This document shows, piece after piece, positions 52,830 to 64,000 of a stretch of 64,000 bases of DNA (the stretch's first letter is position 1; each line of letters begins with the position of its first letter). Made by a program: the position numbers and the translations under genes. Source of the DNA: Octopus bimaculoides (lineage: Eukaryota). The stretch lies in contig NC_068998.1 in assembly GCF_001194135.2 (NCBI RefSeq), positions 34,560,061 through 34,624,060 on the forward strand, read 5' to 3'. Below the pieces are notes generated by a model. That model worked only from the letters and a program-made list of their open reading frames with translations, did not search any database and had not been told where the DNA came from.

Positions 52830-53112
52830 ATCTTTTACTTGCTTCAGTCATTAGACTGCGACCATACTGAGGCACCACATTAAAGAATTTTTAGTTAAAT
52901 GAATTACCAAACCATTAAGTTATGGGGACATAAACACAACACCAGTTGTCAAGTAGTGATGAGTGACATATGCAGAAACAATGATACACACACACACATG
53001 ACAAGCTTCTTTTAGTTTCCATCTACCAAATCCACTCACAAGGCTTTGGTCAGCCTGAGGCTATAGTAGAAGACACTTGCCCAAGGTGCCACATAGTGGG
53101 GCTGAACCTGAC
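52830..53112 (-). mobile_element. SINE type A with an internal deletion
   Basis: Tail tcttttacttgcttcagtcattagactgc; head cttgcccaaggtgccacatagtggggctgaacc. Confidence 0.82.
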
Positions 53113-53689
53113 CCCACACATGAACACCAGCAATGTTTGTATAAGTCCCTCATAAACAATGACTGCTACTCAGGGGTTTGACTTACTGGAAAAAAATACT
53201 AGAGTAATTTATCTCACTTAAAAGTAATTGCTGGCATTAAGAAGGTGACTAGCTGTATAATAGAGTATCAAGGAGTTTTTGCCAGTACATGCCATTTTAG
53301 AAAGAGTGAATGTAAAAATGACAATGATGATAGTAATGACAACAGCAATATATGTGTTTGTGTATTCAGTATGTAAATACATGTAGGTATGTGAGGGCAT
53401 AATGATAAATAATAATTAAAACAGTTAGTTGAGATGTTTGTCATCTGTTTACTGCTCCTGAAACTATATGTTCCTGGCTAAAAAATGTTACCTGCTATAC
53501 TCAGCAATAAATGCATGGATTGAAAATTATTTTAGCCATTACAACTATGTTCTAGATTGTGCTTGATTTAAATAGCACTGTCCTCCAGTGGCAGCTTGAT
53601 GTTGTCAGCCACCAGCCCAGGTTCCACTTCTCATTAGGTTGAGAAAAAAGTAAACTGTCAAGATATTAGTCACTTTCTGAAAGGTGCCT

Positions 53690-53875
53690 GTGGCAGTTGA
53701 GACCTCTGGCATTCTTGGTCCCCAGACCATATCCCTGCTCACCACTGTTGGGGCAGAGATTGTTGTCTGCAAATGCAAGCCCCATGAGTTAGAGTGGCTG
53801 TTCCAGTGCATTTCCATTGCTATCCACTAGGGCAGCGCCTTTTCTGTTTTGTCTGCTGGGGCCATGAGAAATGTT
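53690..53875 (-). repeat. Unclassified interspersed repeat, copy 2
   Basis: Homologous to 19815-19995. Confidence 0.65.
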
Positions 53876-55829
53876 TCAACATCGTGAGAGGCAAGATTCT
53901 CTATTATTTCATCATGCACACAATAAGCTTAAGAGTTCCTTTGTGTGTATTCAAAATTTTGAAAACTATTTTAATCTTGTTCATCAAAATCAAGAAAAAG
54001 AAAAACACTATCTCTCCTGAGAAATGGTTTATGTATGATTAATCCACTTGAAAAATTGTAGTTGACTGGAAAGAAAGAAATTTTTACTGATTGCTTTCAT
54101 TTCATATAAATTTATGTCTTCTAAAATCATATATGGCATAATGATATGATATAATATAATGTTGGATTATATAAGTAACAGTAATATACTGGTAGTATCA
54201 GGTAGTTACAACATATTTGGTTTGAGTACTACTGTCAGTATATAGGCCAAATATATTGATAATATACTAAGTCAATTAAATCGAATAGAAATACTCCCTG
54301 AAGAAAATTATCTTCTTGGGAGGTTGAAATAAATCTATATATTTCTTAAAAAGATATATTTTCTGTTTTTCCCAACTCTCCCTTACATCTATTTTCACCC
54401 ATGGGATACTCTGGGAAATTCCTTTCAATTTGGCCTTTAACAATTATTTTTCTTTCTCTCTACCACCAACAAACCTCATCTCCTTCTTCATCTCCTAGAC
54501 GTGTCTTGCTATGTCTTGGCATTGTTTCATGTGTCTACACAATTATTTGATTAGTGCTTCTCATTATTCTTCACAGGCTGCTCTAAATACAGTCACTGTC
54601 AATTATTTGGTTGTTCTTCTCTTGCATTTTACCCCCATTTAGATAAATAGACATTATGTATAACTAGTGTATGTTTTGAGACAAAGTATACAATGATGCA
54701 TGCATATGCATCCATGTATGCATGTGTGTGTGTGTATGTGTGTGTGTGTATGTGTGTGTACATGTTTGTAACAGCTGGCACTTCATATCTGATTATTTAT
54801 GTTTCACATTTACAATCATACGTAACACTTTCCTTTAGTATTATGTGTTGATTTACTCTCCGTTTAAGTACTTACATACTCAACATACAAAGGCATACAT
54901 ACTTACACATATGCACACATGCATTTTATACACACACACGCTCATACACATACACACACACTCATATACACACACATAGATGCACATGCATATATATGTA
55001 TACATATATCTGCACACACATACACATATGTATATATGCATATCATCATCATCATNNNNNNNNNNNNNNNNNNNNNNNNNNNNNNNNNNNNNNNNNNNNN
55101 NNNNNNNNNNNNNNNNNNNNNNNNNNNNNNNNNNNNNNNNNNNNNNNNNNNNNNNNNNNNNNNNNNNNNNNNNNNNNNNNNNNNNNNNNNNNNNNNNNNN
55201 NNNNNNNNNNNNNNNNNNNNNNNNNNNNNNNNNNNNNNNNNNNNNNNNNNNNNNNNNNNNNNNNNNNNNNNNNNNNNNNNNNNNNNNNNNNNNNNNNNNN
55301 NNNNNNNNNNNNNNNNNNNNNNNNNNNNNNNNNNNNNNNNNNNNNNNNNNNNNNNNNNNNNNNNNNNNNNNNNNNNNNNNNNNNNNNNNNNNNNNNNNNN
55401 NNNNNNNNNNNNNNNNNNNNNNNNNNNNNNNNNNNNNNNNNNNNNNNNNNNNNNNNNNNNNNNNNNNNNNNNNNNNNNNNNNNNNNNNNNNNNNNNNNNN
55501 NNNNNNNNNNNNNNNNNNNNNNNNNNNNNNNNNNNNNNNNNNNNNNNNNNNNNNNNNNNNNNNNNNNNNNNNNNNNNNNNNNNNNNNNNNNNNNNNNNNN
55601 NNNNNNNNNNNNNNNNNNNNNNNNNNNNNNNNNNNNNNNNNNNNNNNNNNNNNNNNNNNNNNNNNNNNNNNNNNNNNNNNNNNNNNNNNNNNNNNNNNNN
55701 NNNNNNNNNNNNNNNNNNNNNNNNNNNNNNNNNNNNNNNNNNNNNNNNNNNNNNNNNNNNNNNNNNNNNNNNNNNNNNNNNNNNNNNNNNNNNNNNNNNN
55801 NNNNNNNNNNATATATATATATATATAAG

Positions 55830-56010
55830 GAGAATTCACGAAAAAACAACAGACGAAGACAGATGGTGTAAAAAACAAATGGATGTATTAGTATAATATT
55901 CAGGAATAGAGAAAGTCTATAACATTTCGAGCCTACGCTCTTCAACAGAAAGGAACACAGAAAGAAACAAGGAGAGAAAAAAATATGTGTAGTGGTCAGT
56001 GATCCATATA
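55830..56010 (-). mobile_element. Probable Penelope terminal-repeat fragment with a hammerhead-like motif
   Basis: Reverse complement contains ttgaagagcgtaggctcgaaatgtta. Confidence 0.4.
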
Positions 56011-56659
56011 TGTACATACATATATTTACACACACACTCTCACACACACACGATATGTATGTGTGTATCTATGTATATAAATATATCAATTTATTTATTT
56101 AGTATTGACAACAAAATCAGTTTCACTCAGTGAGCTTCTCAAAGTGTTATTAAAATTTTAGAAGAATACATCTATAAGTCAGATTATTGCAATATATTAA
56201 TTGCACAGATGTAAATTAATGACACATAAAATGAGGCTGAGATATTTCAATGAGTGAATCATAACAAGTCGTACATAAGTTAAACTTAATAAAATTAAAG
56301 AATGAATTAATGAATAATTTTCAAAACTTTAATGGATGGTTTTCAAATATTTAGTGCTGCAGAGATGTGCTGATTATTGAAGGAGGTATAGGAAGAGAAA
56401 TAACTTTTTCTTTACTAGGGTATTTAAATATGAGGTTTGTCAAGAGAGAGACAGACAGACAGACCGATAAATTGAGGGAGGAAGGGAGAGAGAAGGGAAA
56501 TGGACACAAAGGAAAATGAGAAAATACCACTGTGCTTGTAAAACTGAAATTAATATTGTTATTAGTATGATTATATAATATCAATTAGTTGCAAGTTATG
56601 TTAGGTTAAATGTGTAATGAAACAACAGTAGTGTGTGCTTACTTAGGATATCTATATAT

Positions 56660-57230
56660 CTGACACTGCCAAATCAGATTGGAGCCTGGTGTAGCCATCT
56701 GGTTTCACCATTCCTCAGTCAAATCGTCCAACCCATGCTAGCATGGAAAGCGGACGTTAAACGACGACGACGATATATATGTGCTGTGCATGAGAAGACC
56801 CGGCAAGCCAAGTGAGATCGTTGCCAGTGCCCCTGGACTGGCTCTTGTGCGGGTGGCATATAAGATGCACCATTTTGAGCGTGACCATTGCCAGTGCCGC
56901 CTGACTGGCCTTCGTAGGGTTTTCGAGCGAGATCGTTGCCAGTGCCCTGGACTGGCTTTTGTGCGGGTGGCACATAAAAGACACCATTTCGAGCATGGCC
57001 GTTGCCAGTACCACCTGACTGGCCTTCGTGCGGGTGACACGTAAAAGCACCCACTACACTCTCTGAGTGGTTGGCGTTAGGAAGGTCATCCAGCTGTAGA
57101 AACTCTGCCAAATTAGATTGGATCCTGGTGTTGCCATCCGGTTTCACCAGTCCTCAGTCAAATCGTCCAACCCATGCTAGCATGGAAAGCAGACGTTAAA
57201 CGATGATGATGATGATGATGATGATGATGA
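56660..57230 (+). mobile_element. Two head-to-tail RTE 3' ends (56660-56773 and 56781-57230)
   Basis: Both end caacccatgctagcatggaaagc(g/a)gacgttaaacga; the second carries about 115-bp tandem units. Confidence 0.88.
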
Positions 57231-57763
57231 TATGAAAATATGGGTGTGTTTATGAATGTGTATATGAGTGATAGTGCATATAAGATTACATATGCATGTG
57301 TGAGGGTATACTTATGTCCCCATATACATATATGTCCCCATATACATATATGGATAAACTGGATGGATATATGTAGGTGCATGTACAGTCCTTACTAATA
57401 TATATATAAAAAAAAACATAACATTTTGTATGTCTAAAAGTATGCATGTTTTCTAGGGTAGGAAGAGTGGCAACAATCCATGCCTCCTTAACCTTTTAGT
57501 CTGGTGTCTTATCTGTACGAGTGAATAGGCATTATTTTTTTCTTTATTTTTCTTTTATCTTTTATGATCATGTATAATCCTTGACCACTGGCCAGAGCTA
57601 TAAATTAATTAAGGAGTAGTTTTGAACTAGTTGCCCTCTGTGTTTGTGACCCACTTTCTCTATAAATTCTGTTGTACTTTCTCAAAATTTTGCTTGCTGC
57701 ACCATGGTTGGTGGTGAATCGGTCCCTTTCTGTTTCTGTCTTGATTATATGTTTAAAATTTAC

Positions 57764-57820
57764 CTGAGAACAGCAGGTTCTTGCCATGATGTAATCTAAG
57801 AATGCCTCTATAAAGTGCTG
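57764..57820 (-). CDS. Candidate exon QHFIEAFLDYIMARTCCSQ (may start at 57844, adding VQNPQLFQ)
   Basis: Acceptor ctctttcag|cag, donor CAG|GTAAAT, within a 79-codon open frame. Confidence 0.35.
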
Positions 57821-57869
57821 CTGAAAGAGCTGTGGATTTTGAACCTATTTGCCTTCTTCTGATATACTC

Positions 57870-58110
57870 TTTTATTCTTTTACTGGTTTCAGTCTTTTGA
57901 CTGTGGCCATACTGGAGCACAGCCTTAAAGGGTTTTTAGGGATGAAGAAACTGACCAGGACTTATTCTTTGTAAGCCTGGTACTTATTCTGTTGATTTCT
58001 TTTGCTGAACTGTTAGAATTCAGGGTATGTAAACACACCAACATTAGTTGTCAAGAAATGGTAGTGGGACAAATATAGACACAAAGACACACACACATAA
58101 ATATATATGA

Positions 58111-58149
<39 letters not shown>

Positions 58150-58315
58150 CACACATAATGGGTTTCTTTCAGTTTCCATCTATCAAATCCACTCATAAGG
58201 ATTTGGTCAACCCAAGCCTATAGTAGAAGACACTTGCCCAAGGTTCCATGCAGTGGGACTGAACCCAAAATTATGTAGTTGAGAAGCAAGCTTCTTACCA
58301 CACAGCCACGCCTAC
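57870..58315 (-). mobile_element. SINE type A, full length
   Basis: Tail, (CA)/(TA) middle, head cttcttaccacacagccacgcc. Confidence 0.85.
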
Positions 58316-58630
58316 ACCTATACATATAGGGTATGGTGAATAAACTGTTGTCTAAATTATGCAAAAATGAAAATAACACTGACATCTCATTGATGGGATT
58401 AAAAAGCTTGTAAATAGATGGAAGGAAGTCACAGATAGTCAGGGAGAGTATATTGATGATTAAATTTCGATTAAATGTAACATTTGATCACTTGTTTTCT
58501 TTATTCAAAATTCAGACAGAACTTATGGGATGACCTGATAGTATACTTGCCTGTTATTCCTACACCTGTCTTTGTCTTTGTTTTTCTATAAATTTTCTAT
58601 AAATTTATATATATATATATATATATATAT

Positions 58631-58988
58631 GCGGGTGGCACATAAGATGTACCATCCTGAGCGTGACCGTTGCCAGTACCGCCTGACTGGCCTTGTAGGG
58701 TTTTCGAGCGAGATCGTTGCCAGTGCCCCTGGACTGGCTCTTGTGCGGGTGGCACATAAAAGACACCATTTCGAGCGTGGCCGTTTTCGTGCGGGTGACA
58801 CGTAAAAGCACCCACTACACTCTGAGTGGTTGGCGTTAGGAAGGGCATCCAGCTGTAGAAACTCTGCCAAATTAGATTGGAGCCTGGTGTAGCCATCCGG
58901 TTGCACCAGTCCTCAGTCAAATCGTCCAACCCATGCTAGCAGGGAAAGCGGACGTTAAACGATGATGATGATGATGATGATGATGATA
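58631..58988 (+). mobile_element. RTE 3'-UTR copy starting at a (TA)n run
   Basis: Nearly identical to 56840-57230. Confidence 0.88.
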
Positions 58989-59582
58989 TATACGTATGTA
59001 TATACACATACATACACATATGTATATATGTATATACATACATATACAAGCAACAAGAAACTAACAACAGGTGTCTTTTGACTAATAGAGACAAATCAAG
59101 TTGAGCTGGCGTGTTTAGAGTGAAATCCTTGAGGCAGGAACATAGGAGATGAACATAAGAGATGCAAGTCATGAGACAGGAATATAAGAGATGCTTCATG
59201 GCTGGCAGCTGAGCCAAGAAAGAAAGAAAGAAAGATCATGCTCGGCCAAACACCAGTCATGTGGAAGGAAAAGAGAGAGGTAGGTGGTAGAGGGATTGAA
59301 GAATTAGGGGGAGAATGAAAAAAAATGTAAATCAAAGGATCATACGGAAGGTACAAGGGAGATAAAGGAGGAAAAGTAGGTAAATTAAAGAAAAAAAGGT
59401 CAAGAAATGTGACAGAGGGGGAACGAAAAAAGCAAAGAGGAAAGAAAGATGAAAGTATGAGGGGGGACTAAAAGAAAGAGTAAAAGAGTCGTACAGAATT
59501 TAAAGACATACAAGGTGAGCAAAAGTGTATGTACGCCACTATATGTTTATATAAATTCAAAAAATGGAACAAGAACACAACA

Positions 59583-59617
<35 letters not shown>

Positions 59618-59623
<6 letters not shown>

Positions 59624-60205
59624 GTTCATTTAACGCCCATTGTCCATGCTGGCATGGGTTGGGCGGTTTGACTGGGCTGGCACGCTGGAAGGCTGCACCA
59701 GACTCTAGTCTGATTTGGCATAGTTTTCTACGTCGTCTGGATGCCCTTCTTAATGCCAATCTCTCCGAGAGTGTAAAGGGTACTTTAACAGGCCACCAGC
59801 ACGGGTGCCATTTTTGTATCATCAGGGAGTGTTTACATGTCACTGACATGGGTGCCAATTTGCATAACATAGGTATCTGCCATGAATGTAATTTTGCTCA
59901 GCTTGATGGGTCTTCTTCTCAAACACAATATAATGCCAAAGGTCTTAGTCATTGCCTCCATGAGGCTCAACACTCAAAAGGAACTCAGGCACTTTGCCTC
60001 TGTGAGACCCAGTACTCGAAAGGAACTCAGCCACTCTGCCTCCATCTAATCCAATGCTCAAGAGGAACTCAGTGACTTTGCTTCCATGAGGCCCAATGTT
60101 CAAAAGACATTCTTTACTTGCCACCAGCACAGGTGCACTTGGCTTGACAGGTCCTCCCAAGCACAGCACATTGCCAAATGTCTCAGTCACCAATCATTGC
60201 ATCTG
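59618..60205 (-). mobile_element. RTE 3' variant with about four 41-bp tandem repeats
   Basis: Tail catttaacgcccattgtccatgctggcatggg; repeated tgcctccatgaggctcaacactcaaaaggaactcag. Confidence 0.75.
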
Positions 60206-60367
60206 GAATTTTAATCAAGAACATTTTACAACATCCAAACAACCATTCTCTCCTTCTTACATTAGTGAATACAAAGGAATTTAAAAAAGCAAGACCTTGA
60301 AATGTAATCTAAATTCTTACTGAAGAAAATTAAAAACAACATCTCGTCTTTCATTTAAAAACCTCAC

Positions 60368-60400
60368 CCATTTGAATACAAAAAATTCCTTTCCTTCTCC
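60368..60400 (-). CDS. Candidate 33-nt exon (GEGKEFFVFKW if phase 0)
   Basis: Very strong acceptor ttttttttcctttttaatgaccttttgcag| and donor TGG|GTGAGG. All three frames are open, so the frame is unresolved. Confidence 0.3.
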
Positions 60401-60923
60401 CTGCAAAAGGTCATTAAAAAGGAAAAAAAAGCAACATATTGAATCCTAATCAAGCAAGTTTGACCACTCTGATATAAAAACCACGCCTCCTTTATCCCCA
60501 CCTCTCAAAATTTTTTCTTTTTTTTTTTCCCTTCCTTCACAAACTCCCAAAGATCTCCTACTTTCTTTTCTCTTCTCTCTCTTCACTCTCTCTCACTCTC
60601 TCCTCTCTCACCCTTGCACCTACCTTTCTAATTTGCTCCTCTCTTTCCCCTCTCTTTCTCTCTCTCCCCCCTCTCTCCCCCTCTCCTTCTCATTCTTTCT
60701 AAAACATTATCCATTTCAGTTTATATAAAGGTGAAACAAACCTACTATAAACCACTTTTTTGATAAATCCGATAACAGAAGAAACCATTAAAAATGTAGA
60801 AAAAAATATATATAATCATTCAACATTCTAACTGCCTTATTATTCTCAATATTTGTACATCACTTCAAAAACGCTCTCTCTCTTTCTTTCTTTCTCTCTT
60901 TACACACACACATATGTTATGTA

Positions 60924-61080
60924 TGATGGGCTACTTGTAATCTCCGTCTACCAAATCTACTCACAAGGATTTGGTCAGCCTGAGGCTATAGTAGAAGACA
61001 CTAGTCCAAGGTGTCACGCATTGGGACTGAACCAAGAACCATGTGGTTGGCAAGCAAGCTTCTTACCACACAGCCACATA
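60924..61080 (-). mobile_element. SINE type A head
   Basis: gggactgaaccaagaaccatgtggttggcaagcaagcttcttaccacacagccac. Confidence 0.82.
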
Positions 61081-61180
61081 TATTTTATATATATATATTT
61101 TCATTTTTTTCATTTTATCTAGTTTCAACTCATGAGCTGTGGCCATGCTGGGGCACCACCATTTATATATGTATATATAT

Positions 61181-61215
<35 letters not shown>

Positions 61216-62032
61216 TAAAAATAAATACAAAAAAAGGGTTTTGTATGATCGTGTATATAGGAACATATTATTTTATTTAAAAGAGTTCCAACTCTGTTTT
61301 TTATGTTTTATTTATATTCTTGTAAAATTAATGTGGGATATAGAATATGGAATATATAATATATAATATAAAAATAAATGGTAAAATGAAATGAAGTATT
61401 GAATGTCTTATTGAATATATGAAATATAGAGAATTAAATATATNNNNNNNNNNNNNNNNNNNNNNNNNNNNNNNNNNNNNNNNNNNNNNNATATATACAT
61501 GCTAGACCAAAGTAACCATTTGAATTACTCTATTTTAGAAATTTTATTTTCATCACAGTGAATTGTATGTTGTTGATATAAGAATTTATAAATTTTAAAA
61601 ATTTATAGCTTTATGTGCCTCAAGATCCATTGTTCCAAAATAAGAATTATTTCTCTTAAAAATGTTATAAAATTCTTATGATGTCAACAACAGACAATCC
61701 TTATTGGTAAGAATAAATTTCGAAAATGGATACGGAAATTTGAAGGCTTGCTTTGGTCCATTGGTATAACACCTGTCATGCTAAGTCCCAAGGGCAGCCG
61801 TTGACATTTTGTATGCTAAAGAATTCTTCAACCCAGTATTTGCATAATATTTATAGCTTTAAGAACCTTTGACATCCATTGTTCCAAAATAAAATTATTT
61901 CAAGTCCTCTCTAAAGTTGATACATACCTACAATGTCAACAATGTATATATATATGCAAATGTATATATATATATATAGAAGAAAGAAGACTCATTTGAT
62001 GATGATGATGATGATGATAGTAATAATGATGT

Positions 62033-62255
62033 TCATCATCATCATCATCATCATCGTTTAACGTCCGCTTTCCATGCTAGCATGGGTTGGACGATTTGAC
62101 TGAGGGCTGGTGAACCAGGTGGCTACACCAGGCTCTAATCTGATTTGGCAGAGTTTCTACAGCTGAATGCCCTTCCTAACGCCAACCACTCCGAGAGTGT
62201 AGTGGGTGCTTTTACATACCACCGGCACGAAGGCCAGTCAGGCGGTACTGGCAAC
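62033..62255 (-). mobile_element. Short RTE 3' end
   Basis: catcatcgtttaacgtccgctttccatgctagc tail; lies between 31-bp direct repeats. Confidence 0.88.
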
Positions 62256-62311
62256 AATGTATATATATATGCAAATGTATATGTGTGTGTATATATATAT
62301 ATGTATGTATA

Positions 62312-63179
62312 CATGGTCTGATCAAAAGTATTGCAATTGGTGCTATAAAAAGAAAACTACAACATATATCAGTTCAGTATTTAATCTCTTTTGAAGAAGA
62401 CCTTTTCTGAAGCCACACACTTTATCCAGAGTTATTTCCATTGATGGAAGCATTTCTGGAACTCCTTTATTGGGATAGTGAGCAGCTGCCTCATCACATT
62501 CTCTTAGATTTCCTCGACATCTTGAAATCTTGTTCCTTTCAAGTGGGATTTGACTTTTGGAAAGAGGAAAAAGGTGTGAGGGTGAGATTTGGGGAATACG
62601 TTGGTTGTCAGGCCTGAGGAATGTTATGCTCGGCGAAAATCTGCTACAATGGAAAACAGTTTTGGCACAAACTTAGCAGACACACGTCTCATACCTAAAT
62701 CTTCAGAGAAAATGGACTGAACCGAACCGTAACTAATTGTTCACATCGTCCAACAATTCTCACACAGTCTTTCTAAATAGCTTCACACACATCTGTGCTG
62801 TTTATATCATTTCTGCTGCTTGTGGGTTTCCTAGAATGTGCGCCATTGTCAATATTTTATCAGCCATATTAGAAACGTTAGAACCAGTTGTGCACTTGTG
62901 TCTGGCTCATACACTCCTCCCCATACACTTTCTGCAACTTTATGTAGGTCTCTGAGCATGTTTCACCTAGCTTTTGGCAAAATTTGAAGCAGATGCTTTG
63001 CTTAATTTTCTTGATGTTACAACCAACTCTACACACTTTACTTCCAAGCACTGCTACAGAAATGAGCAAGTGTGTATGCACAACAGAGTTCAAGGTCACT
63101 CTGTGCTTAGCAGGTTCATTCTGCATACTTTAGCTCCATTACCATAGCAACAGTCCTGGTACAGTTTGATCAGACCTTG
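62312..63179 (-). mobile_element. Mariner family M4, internally deleted, with true 5' and 3' ends
   Basis: TIRs catggtctgatcaa / ttgatcagaccttg; N-terminus SICFKFCQKLGETCSETYIKLQKVYGEECMS; C-terminus KSHLKGTRFQDVEEI...KEFQKCFHQWK. Confidence 0.87.
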
Positions 63180-63244
63180 TGTGTGTGTGTGTGTACCACC
63201 ATTTGGAAAGTGTTCAGTCATATTGTTAATGGTGCAAACCTGAA

Positions 63245-63800
63245 TATTACCAATTGGTTGACAACTGATGAAGAATTATGAACCTTCTATTTGAAGCTTT
63301 AATTAATAGTTCAAGCAGCAAAGTAGAAATGAAAAGCCTTTTTTCATCAAAATATACACCATCATATTCTATTGTTTGTTGCCATCTTTGTACCAGAACC
63401 TCTATTCCACTCCTATAACATTTGGCTGGTTTAGAGGGAAGAAAAACCTTTCTGCATCCTTTTTCAACCTTATCCACATTTTTGAACCCCCATCCATGCT
63501 GGAAATTAGACATGGCTCAGAAAAGGTAATAATCTGATGGCACAAGATCTGGACTGTAGGTAGGGTGGGGCAGCACTTCCAGCCCATTTCAAGCAGGACC
63601 TCATTTTGCTCTCAGAGAAGGTCTCTTTTGGTTTGTCTTTGAGGCTGGTGTCATCTTTCTTGAATCATCTGAACCAGTTTTGTCTCACATGTTTGTTGTC
63701 AGTTCCTGGGGCTTCTGCATCATTCATTTCTTTAGCTAAGGCCCTTGCACTCATGCCTATTTTTCCATAGGTAACATAAAATGACTTTAATTGTGAATTT
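63245..63800 (-). mobile_element. Mariner family M5, internally deleted
   Basis: N-terminus MNSEKFTIKVILCYLW...NWFR fused to PHPTYSPDLVPSDYYLF...LVQRWQQTIEYDGVYFDE. TIRs are not clearly seen. Confidence 0.8.
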
Positions 63801-64000
63801 TTCACTGTTCATTATCAAAGCTCTAAAATAAAGAATAAAATGTTAATGTTTCTTTATTAGATATGGAAATAATAAATAAACAATTCAGCAACAAATGGAC
63901 AAGTTTTATCAAATTAATTATATAATACAGAGATACAAGTTGCCAAATATCATCAGTGAGCATCTGAAAAAAAACTTTGACTCATAACTTTGGCATATAT

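Noticed and set aside
56814-57050. Repeat-spacer-like pattern resembling CRISPR
   Set aside because: These are tandem units of the RTE UTR with non-unique spacers, in eukaryotic DNA with no cas genes.
61600-61940. Degenerate direct repeat with a period of about 250 bp
   Set aside because: Too diverged to define ends or class.

Overview
AT-rich eukaryotic scaffold with about 14 N-gaps and dense (TA)n/(CA)n/(GAT)n microsatellites. The repeat set resembles an octopus (coleoid cephalopod) genome; this is an inference from the repeats, not a database result. Much of the window is transposon debris. It holds five mariner lineages and one Tc1 (several with TIRs and TA target sites), a hAT transposase relic, hAT- and piggyBac-type MITEs, RTE LINEs plus many RTE 3'-UTR copies, three Penelope-like elements, a CR1/L2 fragment, a probable Helentron-associated element, and about 15 tRNA-derived SINEs of three types. 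Several of these are nested. No ORF in the track is an intact gene. Between the repeats I found short minus-strand candidate exons with canonical splice sites whose phases can be chained, suggesting one or two large unrecognised protein-coding genes. The best support is the spliced pair 4390-4496 and 3778-3928; the rest is tentative. Main points to follow up: an in-frame TGA 9 nt before a perfect donor in the 30575-30785 exon, a mariner derivative built from two inverted 5' ends (20287-21183), a pre-miRNA-sized hairpin (6121-6173), and a decayed hammerhead-like motif (55911-55950). All translations and alignments were done by eye, and many repeat boundaries are approximate.
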